This document shows, one piece after another, positions 22,156-35,569 of a stretch of DNA of 64,000 nucleotides. Both the position numbers and the translations under genes were made by a program. The stretch comes from Mustelus asterias (lineage: Eukaryota): the NCBI RefSeq assembly GCF_964213995.1, contig NW_027590121.1:2480001-2544000 (forward strand), written 5' to 3'. The notes under the pieces were generated by a model. That model searched no databases, had not been told where the DNA came from, and saw only the letters and a program-made list of their open reading frames with translations. Numbering within the stretch: the stretch's first letter is position 1; each line of letters begins with the position of its first letter.

Positions 22156-23389
22156 TCAATTACTGAGTTCCCTCTGTTCCCCGTAGCTGGGAACTGATAG
22201 CCTGCTCCCTTATATTGTATATCATTCTCTCTGTATTGCTTGTTTCTTCTATTTCTCAGCTTTTATCTTTGACCTTCCTCATCTTACTGCTTTTTAAAAT
22301 CTTCCTCAATTTTTCTCTCAGTCTTTCCATCTCTCTCTTCCTCTGTAACTTTCTCAGGCTCTGTGTGTTCCTATTTAATCGACATGTTCAAAATCATGAA
22401 GAGTTTCTGATTGATTACAGAAGGAAAAACAGGGAGAGAAGCAGAAAAACCCAGCAGGTCCGGCGGCATCTGTTCAGAGAGTTAACATTTTGAGTCCATA
22501 TAATTCTTCAGGGCAGGAAAAACATCGGTTATCCATCTTAGTTTAGGGAATGTGATGGGGAGATTTAATAGAGGTGTTTCAAATGACAAATGATTTATGA
22601 TAGTTTCTCTCCATTGACACTATTTCCCAGGAGCAGGAAGTCTGTTGATGGAGAGAATCTATTTCCCAGGTGCAGGAGGGTCTGTAAGCAGAGGATACAG
22701 AGATTTAATATAATTGACAACAGAACTGGAGGGGGTGATAAGGAGAATTTTTAACACAATAACTGGATATGATCTGGAATGCACAAACTGACAGGTGCTA
22801 GAAGCAGGTTTAATAGTAACTTTCAAAGGGAATTGGATAAATACTTGCAGAAGGTAAATTGGCAGAGTGATGGTCAATAGGATTAATTGGACAGTTCACT
22901 CATCTTTGTGACATTCTGAATGTTTCTCTCCTGAGGTTTTAATATTTGATCTTTTCAGTCACAATGTGTCTCAAACAGAAAATTAAACCATTGGGTTTGA
23001 TGAGCTGTCAGATCTGTTTCCTGTGTGTAACTTGAGAACTGCAGATAACCATGAGAAGGAACTGATTATTTTCAATTCCTCGAACAGATACACCTCAGAT
23101 ATCAGAAATCCCTGGAGTTCCCCATGTCCTCATTATTCTCACCTCGAGTATAACAGCTCTCAGTCAGGCCGAGTCAGTCGCATGTGTCTCTGTCATGATG
23201 TTTCCACTTGTATTTTATCACTCACCTCCCAGTGACACTCACCATAACACAGACACCTTAAAATATCATTGTTCCCTTGCACTTTGTCCTCCTATTATAA
23301 TCAAATGTTTGTTGGGGCTCTTGTCTCCCTTAATGTCAGATTATCTGCAGTTAAAATGACCTCAGAGACACTGAAACCGACCTCAGTGA

Positions 23390-23600
23390 TTATTATACCA
23401 GACTCCAATCAGCCCCAGGAGCTGCAGTTGTAAAATACAGCAGAATTGGAATAACAGACAGGTTATTGTCTGATACTGACAGTGGCAGAGTAACACACAC
23501 TGGAATCTAAACACATTATATCAATGGACCATGACTCACTCACACTGTCAAATGAAACCTAAACTTTGGTTCTGGTGCACGAGATACTGACTGTATTACC
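23390..23600 (+). pseudogene. Possible decayed V-J-like Ig-superfamily exon
   Basis: GITDR..DSG patch followed by TTTGGTTCTGGTGCACGA..CTGACTGTATTACC (FGSGAR..LTVLP). Confidence 0.25.
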
Positions 23601-23799
23601 ATTACATTGGATCCAATGCTGTGTTCACTAACATACTGCAACGTGACTCTTATTATTTAAACAAACGTTGTATTTGTTACACTCAGAGTAAGTCAGTGCT
23701 TTGCTGTGTTGTCTCTGTGCTCCATCCCCACTCTGATTGTATTGGAGCCTGTGTGTGTCATTGTTACACTGAGACTCTGTCACTGATTATTGGACAAAC

Positions 23800-24260
23800 A
23801 GCAAGTCACCATCACAATGTCCGGCTGATTGACGGCAGCGCGAACCAATGGGAAGAGGAGGCAGTGCTGGAGGACCGATCTGGAGCGGTCGGTCCTCCAA
23901 CCAATCGGAGCGAACGAGGGGCGGGGCCTACTTTGACTCGAGCATGCGCAGTGTGAGTAATGGCGATGGAAAACGGCTTTTGTTTTGGACTCGGAAATCT
24001 GTTCGAGGTGATTGGCGGTACGGAGAGAGCAATGGATCGTCCAGGTGGGTGGAAGCGCTGCGTAACCATGTTGTGAGAGTCGCAAAATGCGGAAAAGAGC
24101 TTCCCGGACCCAGTTTGTACCGAGCAGGGCTGCAGTTCCTCATGTTCGTTTCGGGTTAACGTTCGCCATCTTTATTGGGGGCAATAGGCAGCAGTGCGCA
24201 TGTGCGGCCGCCATCTTTGTAGAGGGCAATGTTGTCAATCAGTGGGAGGCGCTTGTTCCC
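23800..24260. promoter_or_regulatory. CpG-island promoter-like block related to the ZNF promoters
   Basis: Homologous to 7640-7890; GCCGCCATCTT (YY1-like), GCATGCGCA, CCAAT. Confidence 0.6.
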
Positions 24261-25196
24261 CAGTGTTCAGAATGGAGACAACTTGTCCATCAAACTGCAT
24301 CAACCCTCTGAGTCCCAATGTCTTATTGATGAGGCAGAGCGGTGACAGAGAAGGAAAAAGGAAGGGAAAGTAAAACAGTAAATGCTGGAAAGTCTCAGCA
24401 GATCTGACATCATCTGTGGAGAGAGAATCGAACCAACGTTTCGAGACTGGATAACCCATAGTCAGAGCTTGTACACGTGTAAACAGAGCATGTAAACCTT
24501 GACACCTCCATGTACCCTTGTACACCTCTGTCAATCTACTTTGCTCCAAGGAGAACAACCCCAAGTTATCCAGCCTAACAAAGAACAGTACAGCACAGGA
24601 AACAGGCCGTTCAGCCCTCCAAGCCTGTGCCGCTCCTTGGTCCAACTAGACCAATCGTTTGTATCCCTCCATTCCATAACATTGAGGTGTATAAAATTCT
24701 GCGGGGCACAGATAGGGGGGAGAGGAAGGAACTTTTCTCTTTAGTAGAGAGGTCAATAACCAGGGGCCTGGATTTAAGTTCAGGGGCAGGAGGTTTATAG
24801 GAGATGAGAGGGAAAGCTTTTTCACTCAGACGGTGGTGGGAATCTGGAACTCACTGCCTGAAAGGGTGGTAGAGGTGGGAATCATCATAGCATTTAAGAA
24901 GAATTTAGATAAGCTCTTGAAATGCCATAATATGCAAGGTTACACATCACGTGTGGAAAATGAGATTATAATAGAACGGTGCTTGATGGCCGGCACAAAC
25001 ACGATGGGCCGAAGGGCCTCTTTCCATGCTGTAAAACTCTATGATCACCCACGTTGGCAGCAAGTTCAATATCATCATCATTTGATAGAGGTGGACAAGA
25101 TTCTGACAGGTTTAGATAAGGTGGACAAAGAAAATCTGTTCCTATTAGCTGATGGGACAAGGATGACAAGCAAAGTTAAAGTTTTGGGTGGGATCA

Positions 25197-25541
25197 CAGA
25201 ATCAGAGAAATCCTACAGTGCAGAAAGAGGCCATTCGGCCCATTGAGTCTGCACCAACCACAATCCCACCCAGGCCCTACCCCCATATCCCTTCATATTT
25301 ACCCGCTAATCCCTCTAACCTACGCATCTCAGGACTCTAAGGGGCAATTTTTAGCATGCCCAATCAACCTAACCCGCACATCTTTGGACTGTGGGAGGAA
25401 ACCAGAGCACCTGGAGGAAACCCACGCAAACACGAGGAGAATGTGCAAACTCCACACAGACTGTGACCCAAGCCGGGAATCGAACCGAGGTCCCTGGAGC
25501 TGTGAAGCAGCAGTACTAACCACTGTGCTACCGTGCTGCCC
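25197..25541 (-). mobile_element. HE1-like SINE (same insertion as 41811-42135, copied by duplication)
   Basis: Same flanks and orientation. Confidence 0.85.
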
Positions 25542-25889
25542 ATGTGAGGAAGAATATTTTGATGCAGCGAATGGTAATGACCTGGAACTCGCTGCCTACG
25601 AGGGTGGAGGAAGTGGAGACAATAAACAATTCCAAAGGAAATTGGATGGGCATTTGGGAGGTTTCAAACAGAAATGCTGACTAAATATCTCTGAACTTCC
25701 TCACACCCGGTCACTCTGTGATCCTTGTGAAATTTGAAACGAGGTATTCGCAACAAGACTCAAAGAGCATCAGCCCACTGGAGGCAAAGTTGTGAGACCG
25801 GCCAGTCCAGCAGAAAGAAACCCTCCGACCCTTCCCATTGACCAATATAATTGAGAGCAGAAACAATAACAGCAGAATCGACCCCTGGA

Positions 25890-26447
25890 ATAACTCGTGA
25901 ACTCGCTGGTGTACCAACAGCTGAGATGAAAGACTGAATCTCTTTTCACACACAGAGCAGCTGAACGGTCTCTCCCCAGTGTGAATTCCCTGGTGTGTCT
26001 GCAGGCAGAATAACCGAGAGAACCCCTTTCCATACACAGAGCAGGTGAACGGTTTCTCCCCAGTGTGAACTTGTTGGTGTTTCTGCTGGCTGGATGAATC
26101 ACTGAACCGCTTCCCACACAGAGTAGGTGAATGGCCTCTCCCCAGTGTGAACTCGCTGGTGCCTCCGCAGGTGGGATGACCGAGTGAATCCCTTTCCACA
26201 CTGAGAGCAGATGAACGGTCTCTCCCCAGTGTGAACTCGCTGGTGTGTCCGCAGGCTGGATGAAGCTCTGAATCCCTTCCCACACTGAGAGCAGGTGAAC
26301 GGCCTCTCCCCAGTATGAACCCGCTGGTGTGTCCGCATGTTCGATAACTGAGTGAATCCCTCCCCACACTGAGAGCAGGTGAATGGCCTCACCCCAGTGT
26401 GAACTCGCTGGTGCGTCCGCAGGCTGCACAATTGACTGAATCCCTTC
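25890..26447 (-). pseudogene. 5'-truncated, frameshifted ZNF
   Basis: 4 fingers, a 2-nt deletion, then 3 out-of-frame fingers; cut by a Rex1-type tail at 26448-26530. Confidence 0.85.
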
Positions 26448-26629
26448 CTTCACAGCACGCAAGAAACAATACTTTTCACTGTCTATGAATACATGTGACA
26501 ATAAATCAAATCAAATAAATCAAATCAAACCCTGCACATTCTTCCTTTTCCAATAACAGTCTAAGTCCCTCCTGAGTGCCTCAGTTGAACTTGCTTCCAC
26601 CCAATCTAGGCAGTGCATTCCAAACCCGA

Positions 26630-27330
26630 ACATTTGTGCTGGAAGGGATTTGCTCAGTCACCGTGTCTCATTGACCATTACCTTGTTCACACTGAAAGGA
26701 GTGTTTACATGTTCCCAATGTGTGAAAACCTTTAAAAGCAGACATGAAATGTGCATCACCAACTCATTCACATGAGGGAGATATCATTCACCTGATCCAT
26801 GGATGCAAAAGGACTTTCCCTTTCTTCCAACCTGTTGAGCCACCAATTAGTCCACAGAGGGGAGTAGTTTTTATCAGCTTTGGGTGTGGGAAAGGCTTCA
26901 TTCAGTCATCCAACCTGCGTGGCACGGTAGCACAGTGGTTAGCACTGCTGCTTCATAGCTCCAGGTACCTGGGTTCGATTCCCGGCTTGGGTCGCTGTCT
27001 GTGTGGAGTTTGCACATTCTCCTCGTGTTTGCGTGGGTTTCCTCCGGGTGCTCCGGTTTCCTCCCACAGTCCAAAGATGTGCGGGTTAGGTTGATGGGCC
27101 ATGCTAAAATTGCCCCTTAGTGTCTTGAGATAGGTAGGTTAGAGGGATTAGCGGGTAAATATGTAGGGATATGGGGGTAGGGCCTGGGTGGGATTGTGGT
27201 CGGTGTAGACTCGATGGGCCGAATGGCCTCTTTCTGTACTGTCGGATTTCTATGATTTCTATGAACCTGGTTAGACACCAGTGAGTTCACAAGTGACTGC
27301 AGAGGTTGGCTTCTGCTGTCATTACTGCTG
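26630..27330 (+). pseudogene. Highly decayed ZNF remnant split by a SINE
   Basis: [11 protein letters not shown] ... RHQ*VHK followed by the typical ZNF 3' flank. Confidence 0.6.
26918..27263 (+). mobile_element. Full-length HE1-like SINE with AACCTG target-site duplication
   Basis: aacctg at 26912-26917 and 27264-27269. Confidence 0.9.
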
Positions 27331-27339
27331 TTTTTAAAA

Positions 27340-27645
27340 AAAGTTTAAAGTTTATTTATTAGTGTCACAAGTAGCCTTACATTAACACTGCAATAAAGAT
27401 GCTGTGAAAATCCCCTAGTCACCACACTCTGGCGCTTGTTCGGGTACACTGAGGGAGAATTTAGTATAGCCAATGTACCTGACCAGCATGTCTTTTGGAC
27501 TGTGGGAGGAAACCAGAGCATCCAGAGGAAACCCACACAGACATGGGGAGAACGTGCAGACTCCACAAAGACAGTGACAAAAGCTGTGGATCAAACCCGA
27601 GTCCCTGACACTATGAGCCAGCAGTGTTAACCACTGTGCCACAGG
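27340..27645 (-). mobile_element. SINE, second family (different 3' tail)
   Basis: tRNA head plus gtggtgactaggggattttcacag...taataaataaac tail; also seen at 37080-37370 and 56905-57187. Confidence 0.75.
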
Positions 27646-27839
27646 GCCACTCAGTTGGACTGAACAATGTTCATTCTGCGAGACAGGTTTTGCTTCTGAC
27701 AATAATAACCATCCTATCTTGACTGGGCTTTACTTCTGGATAAATATGAAATTCCCCAACTTTTAAAAATATATATATTTTTCTGGATTTTTTCTTTTCC
27801 AAAGACTACAGAGCTTTTACATTATTTCTGCTGAGAACC

Positions 27840-29130
27840 ATTATCACTCTCCATCCATTTCTGGAAACCTCATCTGGTAAAGATCTGTTCCCACAGGATT
27901 TTAGCTGTAGTGTCTGCATCATTTTTACAAACAGGGAAAGCTTCAACCCACCAGCTAAATATACCTGTAATTAGCAGGATATACCAGTCTCCTCCTTTTA
28001 GTGTGGAGAGTGAGCCGGTATAATCAAGCTGCATTGTTTCCCAGGGAAGATCAATAATATGGGATGTGTTCATTAGGACAATGCATTTTGCAGGATCTGA
28101 TTTGTTTAGATACAGATGAGGCACAGCTTCAGGTGCTGATGGACATTCTGATGCATCCTCAGCTGCTGATAGTGTGATCATCTTGTATAATATTGAGGAG
28201 TCAAAAAACAAGAAATATGCCTTGCTTTGATCTTATACTACCTTTCTAAGGTGTGACTAAAGTCAAATTCAAACCATGCTTGTGATTTTTAAAAAACTCT
28301 ATGTCAGATGAGTGAGTCCTTACTTGCTGTGAGTGATGAGGGGAAGTTTTTTCTATGGTGCCCACCCTCTTTGCCCACAGTCACATTTGGGTCAGCATCC
28401 TGATAAGTTTTTAAAAGACATTTACCTGGCGTCTGTCGTACAAGTCCCAACGATTGTGTTTTGAGTGGATCCCATGGAATCTCCTCTAGAGCAGCTTTCC
28501 TGGTGATTCAGTTTGCCTGGTTATTACCATCCCTCCCTTCACTAACTCCTGCTGCTGATCTACCTTCACCTCACAAATAGCAATTTGTCCTGGACACTTA
28601 CCAGCAACATCCCCAATCTTTCAGTTTGGAGTGGTGAGGAGTGGTTTCCTTTCTGCTGTGGAGAAGCCGTGTCTTCTCCCCCAAAGGGGTAGGTTTTCTG
28701 TGAGGGAATTACAACCAAAGGAGCTTTCAGAATATTTGGTGATTGTATCAGTAACAGTTTGAAGGCTGTGATCACAATAAATTCAGATTTCTGGGCTAAC
28801 TGTTGTGGTTGTGGTGGATATTTAGTGAGGATATGACAACTGTTGTGGAGAATCAAAGACACAGCTCCAGTCTGATACGGACCTTGTTCATAAAACCAGA
28901 TCACATAAACCCCAGTGCAATCTAACAGTGATTTGTATTTAACAGGTCCATTGGACATGATCTCTTTGCCTGACTAATATGTGGGATTCTTTCATACTGA
29001 AACATCCCAGCCAAGTAATAATTCTGAAGATTCAGGACATGAATTCTTTTTCTTTGTAATTCCATCAATCAATCACTCTTAACACACTGGAATACTCCCT
29101 TGTCCCTTTAGGATAATATCACTACAGTAT
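27840..29130 (-). mobile_element. Degenerate endogenous retrovirus pol (RNase H and integrase)
   Basis: PWETMQLDY..FSWWVEAFP..ADTTAKIL..IFTR*GFP..SDNG; GNNQAN..RKAA; LAQKSEF. Confidence 0.7.
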
Positions 29131-29504
29131 ATGGGGGTCTGCAGAAATATATAATTAATCTCTGGCAGGCACTTTGTGTGCTTAATGGGCACTTTATATC
29201 TGCTCAATGAATTGGATAATCAATCTTTCCACAGGGGCAATTGTGTCTGAGAACTATCCGACTGGAAAACTTTTTCCATTAAGGTCTCAGATTACTGCAG
29301 CAGATATACATTGTTCTGACTCTGCCAGCAGGGCTGTGGAATTAATTGGATAGATCTTCCAGGGAGCCAACACAGACATAATGGGCCAAATGGTTTCTAT
29401 TTGTGTTGTATCATTATATAGAAGAGTGAATATTCAGTATCAGGGACAGAGAGAGGAACCAGTGACTGTGCGATTGAACCCAGCCAGAATCAGCACATCA
29501 ACAG

Positions 29505-30110
29505 AGGAGTTTGGATACAGGAGTTGGGGCGTCTTGTTGAAGTTGTACAAGACATTGGGAAGACCACACTTGGAATACTGTGTGCAATTCTAGTCACCCT
29601 ATTATAGAAAGGATATTATTAAACTAGAAAGAGTGCAGAAAAAATTTACTCGGATGCGACCGGGACTTGATGGATTGAGTTATAAGGAGAGGCTGGATAG
29701 ACTGGGACTTTTTTCTCTGGAGTGTAGGAGGCTGAGGGGTGATCTTATAGAGGTCTATAAAATAATCAAGGGCACAGATCAGCTCGATAATCAATATCTT
29801 TTCCCAAAGGTAGGGGAGTCTAAAACTAGAGAGCATAGGTTTAAGGTGAGAGGGGAGAGATACAAAAGTGTCCAGAGGGGCAATTTTTTCACACACAGGG
29901 TGGTGAGTGTCTGGAACAAGCTGGTAGTCGTAGAGGTGGGTACAATTTTGTCTTTTAAAAAGCATTTAGTTACATGGGTACGATGGGTATAGAGGGATCT
30001 GGGCCAAATGCGGGCAATTGGGATTAGTTTAGGGGTTTAAAAAAAGGGCGGCATGGATAAGTTGGGCCGAAGGGCCTGTTTCCATGCTGTAAACCTCTAT
30101 GACTCTATGA
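29505..30110 (+). mobile_element. CR1 3' end
   Basis: RPHLEYCVQF, LSYKERLDRLGLFSLE; (CTCTATGA) tail. Confidence 0.9.
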
Positions 30111-30279
30111 GTGAGAGGGGAAACGGTGTAAAAACGTTGATACCTCTGTGTGATCCACAGCAGATCTTCCAGAAATAGAGCACAGCAAATCACCAATTCA
30201 CAATATTTTGTTATCTCAAATGTTAACAATTTTATTTTGTATTAACTGTTTGAGAATTCAATGGTGCAGTTATCACCTA

Positions 30280-30600
30280 GCATTCGCTGCGGGTGTGAAA
30301 GTGCCCTATTCACGCCACAGGCGCCCAATGCGCAGGCGCAGTGTCACTTTACTCGGAGCCCTGCGAGTGCGGGAGACTGTTTTTCCAGCGGTGAGAGTCG
30401 ATGGGGCGGAGGGCGGTGCAGAACCGGGGTAGGGAGGGAGCGGAGGCTTCACAAACACCCGCTGGAGGCCGCAAGGTCGGAATCAGACCCTACGGGTCTC
30501 GGGTTTGCAGCTGCGGGGATTTTATCCGGGATCAGGCCCTGTGCCGCGGTCGCCATCTTTGTTCCGCGGGGAGCAGGGCGCATGCGCAGTCAGTGGGCGG
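30280..30600. promoter_or_regulatory. CpG-island promoter-like block
   Basis: GCGCATGCGCA, CGCCATCTT, GC boxes; partial homology to ZNF first exons. Confidence 0.55.
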
Positions 30601-30604
30601 AGCT

Positions 30605-31490
30605 AAACCAGACAATGTTGGAAAAGCTCAACAGGTCTGACAGCTTCTGTGGGGACAGAATCAGAATGGAGTCAATGTTTCCAGTCTGGATGACCCTTTG
30701 TCAGAGCTAAGGGTAAAGAGAATCAGAAAAGATTTATACTATGGGGTGGAATGGGACAAAGGGAATGTAATTAGGATAAAGATGGCACGGCTTCACCTGA
30801 AAGGGGTGTTTAGGATCTTGGATGGTGAGCAGAGAGGAGGTAAAGGGGCAGGTGTTGCACCTTCTAGCAGGACCCAGACCTTCCTGTCATTTGCCACTTC
30901 AACAGACCAGACTACGCTCTAGTCCACATGTCCATCCTTGCAATGTTCTGGTGAACCCCAATGCAAACTGGAGGAACGATTGGGCACTTTAAAGCCTTCT
31001 GGATTGAACATTGAGTTCAACAACTTCAGAGCATGAACACTCCCCTCCACCATCACCCCATTTCCATTTATTTTATTTAATCCTGTTTCTTCTTTTCATC
31101 TCATTCATCCATTTTTATCATCCTTCTTTCTCTCTTTCATTTTTCCACTTTTCCAATCCCACTCTCCTTGCCTCCCCCACCCCCACCCCACCGTTCAAGC
31201 CAACTGCCTGAACCATCTGTACCTCTATTCTGCCATTCACACATTATGATCCCTTAATGGACACTTTTAGCACTTCTCTCTGTCATCTTTACCCTAATTT
31301 ACATTCTTTTTGTCGTTTTACAGCTCCCCCTCCCCCACCCTCAATTTCTTTTTGATTTTCTTTGTCCTTAGCTCTGACGAAAGGACATCCAGACTCAAAA
31401 CGTTGGCTCTATTCTCTCCACAGATGCTGTCAGACCTGCTGAGATTTTCCAGCATTTTCTCTTTTTATTTCAGATTCTGGCATCTGCAAT
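30605..31490. mobile_element. Penelope remnant with inverted termini and decayed hammerhead motifs
   Basis: GIY-YIG-region fragments; agctCTGACGA..ctcAAAACGTT at ~31370-31405 and an inverted copy at ~30670-30708. Confidence 0.7.
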
Positions 31491-32626
31491 GGGTGGAGCT
31501 CCAGGGTCCTGGTGACCAGGAGAGAAGATGTTTGATTCGTTGACTAACAGGGCTGGGTTACTGTACACCCTCTTCAGAGGGGGTGGTTATGCAGGGTGAA
31601 TGTGTGGCCATCCGAATAACAGAAGAAAAGGATCATCAGAATTAGGAGCAGGAGCAGGCCATTGACACATTCAGTACACATTCAGTACACATTGACACAT
31701 TCAGCTCGACCATTCAGTAAACTCATGTCTCATCTGATCATTGTATTTTCCTCCAGCCCCAACCTCCCTAACCCATGAGTGGGAGTGAAAATGGTGTAGA
31801 AAGCAGTCTTGAATATACTCAATGAACCAGCCTTGACTGCTCACTGGGGGAGAGAATTCCACAGGCTATTGGTCCTCAGAGAAGAAATTTCTCCTCATCT
31901 CTGTCTTAGAGCCTTATTTTTAAATTGCCTGCAGTTCTAGATTTCCCGTTTTGGAGAAACATTCTTTCAGGACTTATCTTGTCAAGCACCAACATAATCT
32001 TACATGCTTCAGTAAGCTCATCTCTCATTTATCTAAAAGTTAATGAGTACAGATGCACCCTGCCCAAACTTTCTTCATAAAACAAACACATTTATGCCTG
32101 GAATCAGCTGAGTGAATCTTGTCTGAACTGCTCCCAATGTAAGCATATTGATCTTAAATAATTGTACACAAGGAAATAGGAGAGAATGTTACAAATTTCT
32201 ATCTTGGACTGACTGATGGATTTTGGAAACTCCTTTAGCAGGGAGTTGCAAGGGGAGGATTTACACAGCAATCTCAAACAAGGAAAATGTTTATCTCATA
32301 ATTTCTAACCACAGTTGACACATGACTCTTGTAACCTCCTTTTACAGGGAGTTAGAAGATTTGATGACTGCAATTTTTCCCTGACTCCAGTACTTCTGAT
32401 ATCTTTCCAGCTGCAGGCTCCAGGAGGAGGTTTTAAATTTGAAAAGAGTGAAATTGTTCCAGAGGTGAGTATTATTGAACATTCACCTACAATTCAGAGT
32501 TTTTAGTGCTATGCTCTGTTATCTGAGAGGTTCCTTGGCTCTGGGGCTGGTGTGATTCAGCAGCAAGTTCACACTGGGGAGAGGCTGTTCACCTGCATTG
32601 TGTGTGCAAAGGGATTCAGTCATCCA

Positions 32627-33535
32627 ATCATAGAATCGATGGAACGGAGACAGGCCCTTCGGCCCAAACTGGTCCATGCCGATCAAAATGCCCATCCAAG
32701 CTGACCCCATTTGCCTGCATTTGGCCCATATCCCTCTAAACGTTTCCTATCCATGTATCTGTCCAAATACCTTTTAAAAGTTGTCAATGTCCTTGCCTCA
32801 ACCACTTCCTGTGGCAGTCCATTCCACATATGTATCACCCTCTGTGTAAAAAAGATGCTCCTCAGGTTCCCATTAATTCTTCCCCTCTTAACTTAAACCT
32901 ATGCCCTCTCATTCTTGATTCCCCAACCCCGGGAAAAAGACTGAGTATGTTCACCCTATCCATGCCTCTCATGATCTTATACACCTCGATAAGATCACCC
33001 CTCAGTGTCCTACGCTCCAAAGAAAAAAGTCTAGTGTATCCAATCTTTCTCTATAACTCAGTCCCTTGAGTCCTGGCAACATCCTTGTAAATCTCTTCTG
33101 CACTCCTTCCACTTTAATAACATCTTTCCTATAGCAAGGCAACCAAAACCGAACACAATATTCCAGCTGCGGCCTCACCAACTTCCTGTACAACTGCAAC
33201 ATAACTTCCTAACTTCTATACCCAATGCCCCGACTGATGAAGGCCAGCATGCCAAAAACCTTTTTCACTACCCTACCTACCTGTGACTCTACTTTTAGAG
33301 AACCGTGCACTTGAACTCCAAGTTCCCTCTGTTCCTCGATACTCCCTCAGGTCCAGCCATTCACCGTGAAAGCCCAACCCTGATTTGACTTTCCAAAATG
33401 CAACACCTCACACTTATCTGTATTGAACTCCATTTGCCATTTCTCGGCCCACTTCCCCAGCTGATCAAGATCCTGCTGCAATTTTTGATAACCTTCCTCA
33501 CTGTCTGCAATACCACCTATTTTAGTGTCATCTGC
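32627..33535 (-). mobile_element. CR1 3' part inserted in a decayed ZNF (32550-32626 / 33535-33700)
   Basis: ADDTKIGG, RPQLEYCVRFW; finger sequence resumes on both sides. Confidence 0.85.
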
Positions 33536-34157
33536 TGTCACATCAGTGAATTCACACTGGGGAGAGGCCATTTACCTGTTATGTCTGTAGGAAGGGATTA
33601 ACTCAGTCATCCCACCTGCTCAGACACCAGCGAGTTCACAAGTGGTTACAGGGGTTGGATTCTGCTGTTATTGCTGCTGTTAATTACATCCAGGATTGAA
33701 CCATGTTCATTCATCTGAGTCATCAGTGCAGACTTGATGGGCTGAAGAGCCTCTTTCTGCACTGTAGAGATTATGAGTTCTTAAAATTCTGTATGAATTA
33801 AACATAATTTTACTATTTCTGATTTCTGTACATCTGGAGAGAAATTCCACTCCTTTGTGAGCATTTTGATTGATTTGCTGACTTGCAATAATGTTTTAAA
33901 TTCATTATTCACTTTAAGCCAGTGAGGAAAGAATGTTCCACAGCAACTAGGATTGTCTGTTCTCAGTTTCTGAGCTGTATTGACTGTGATGAGATTTTAA
34001 ACTCCTTTTACAGGATATTAAAAGGGGAGGATTTGGCAACAGAAATCTCAAAGCTTCACACCAAGCTCTGACAGAGTCACTCATTAGGACGGGGAAACCA
34101 TTGCCTGTTTCACCATCAGAGTGTCAGGAAATGCACCGAGACGCAGACACCCACACC

Positions 34158-35084
34158 ATGGGAAAACCGTGGAAATGTGGGGATTGTGGAAAGGGATTCA
34201 GATTCCCGTCTGTGCTGGAAACACATCAACGCAGTCACACTGGGGAGAGACCGTTCACCTGCTCCGTGTGTGGGAAAGGATTCAGTGATTTATCTACTCT
34301 GCTGAAACACCAGCGAGTTCACACTGGGGAGAGACTGTTCACCTGTTCCAATTGTGGGAAGGGATTCACTCAGTCATCCCATCTGCTGACACACCAGCGA
34401 GTTCACACTGGAGAGAAGCCATTCACCTGCTCTGTGTGTGGGAAAGGATTCGGAGATTCCTCCAGTCTGCTGAGACACCAGAGAGTTCACACTGGGGAGA
34501 AACCATTCACCTGCTCCAATTGTGGGAAGGGATTCACTCAGTCATCCCATCTGCTGAGACACCAGCAAGTTCACACTGGGGAAAGACCATTCACCTGCTC
34601 TCAGTGTGAGAAGGGATTCCGTGATTTATCAACCCTGCGGAGACACCAGCGAGTTCACACTGGGGAGAGGCCATTTACCTGCTCAGAATGTGAGAAGGGA
34701 TTCAGTGATTTATCTACCCTACAGACACACCAACGAGTTCACACTGGAGAGAGACGATTTACCTGCTCTGACTGTGGGGAGGGATTCACTCGGCCATCCA
34801 CGCTGCTGATACATCAGCGAGTTCACACTGGAGAGAGACCATTCAGTTGCTCTGACTGTGGTAAGGGATTCACTCAATCATCCAACCTGCAGACACATCA
34901 ACGAGTTCACACTGGAGAGAGACCATTCAGCTGCTCTGACTGTGGGGAGGGATTCACTCAATCATCCAACCTGCTGAGACACCAGCGAGTTCACACTGGG
35001 GAGAGACCGTTCCTCTGCTCTCAGTGTGGGGAGGGGTTCACTCGGCCATCCCACCTGCTGAGACACCGGCAAGTTCACGAGTGA
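34158..35084 (+). CDS. C2H2 zinc finger protein, 11 fingers
   Basis: cacaccATGG start (MGKPWKC); 11 intact fingers. Confidence 0.9.
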   Translation: MGKPWKCGDCGKGFRFPSVLETHQRSHTGERPFTCSVCGKGFSDLSTLLKHQRVHTGERLFTCSNCGKGFTQSSHLLTHQRVHTGEKPFTCSVCGKGFGDSSSLLRHQRVHTGEKPFTCSNCGKGFTQSSHLLRHQQVHTGERPFTCSQCEKGFRDLSTLRRHQRVHTGERPFTCSECEKGFSDLSTLQTHQRVHTGERRFTCSDCGEGFTRPSTLLIHQRVHTGERPFSCSDCGKGFTQSSNLQTHQRVHTGERPFSCSDCGEGFTQSSNLLRHQRVHTGERPFLCSQCGEGFTRPSHLLRHRQVHE

Positions 35085-35569
35085 TTACAGGGATTGGATT
35101 CTGCTGTTATTGCTGCTGTAAATCACATCCAGGACTGAAACATGTTCATTCTGACAGTTGGTGAAGTGGGAGGGTCAGAGGGTTTCTTGCTGTTGGACTG
35201 ACCGGTCTCTCAATTTTCATTCCAGTGGCTGGTTCCCTTTGAGCGAGGGCACATTTCCACTGAAATGATCCACAAAAGCAGGTGTCAGATGAGACTGAGA
35301 TGAGGAAAAAATTCTTCAAAGGGTAGTGAACTTGTGGAATTCTCCACCACAGAAGGCTGTGGAATCCCAGTCACTGAATATATTCAAGGAAGAGATAGAT
35401 TTTTTTTAGATTTTAATGGCTTCAGGTGGTATGGGGAGAATATGGCATTGAGATCGAGGATCAGCCATGATCATGTTGAATGGTGGAGCAGACTTGAATG
35501 GCCTGCTCCTAGTTTCTATCGAGTACATTAATTTTACCCTGGATAGTAAATAGTCTTTTTCCTCCCACT

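Noticed and set aside
22215-22493. Hydrophobic 92-aa ORF
   Set aside because: CT-rich low-complexity sequence with a non-ATG start
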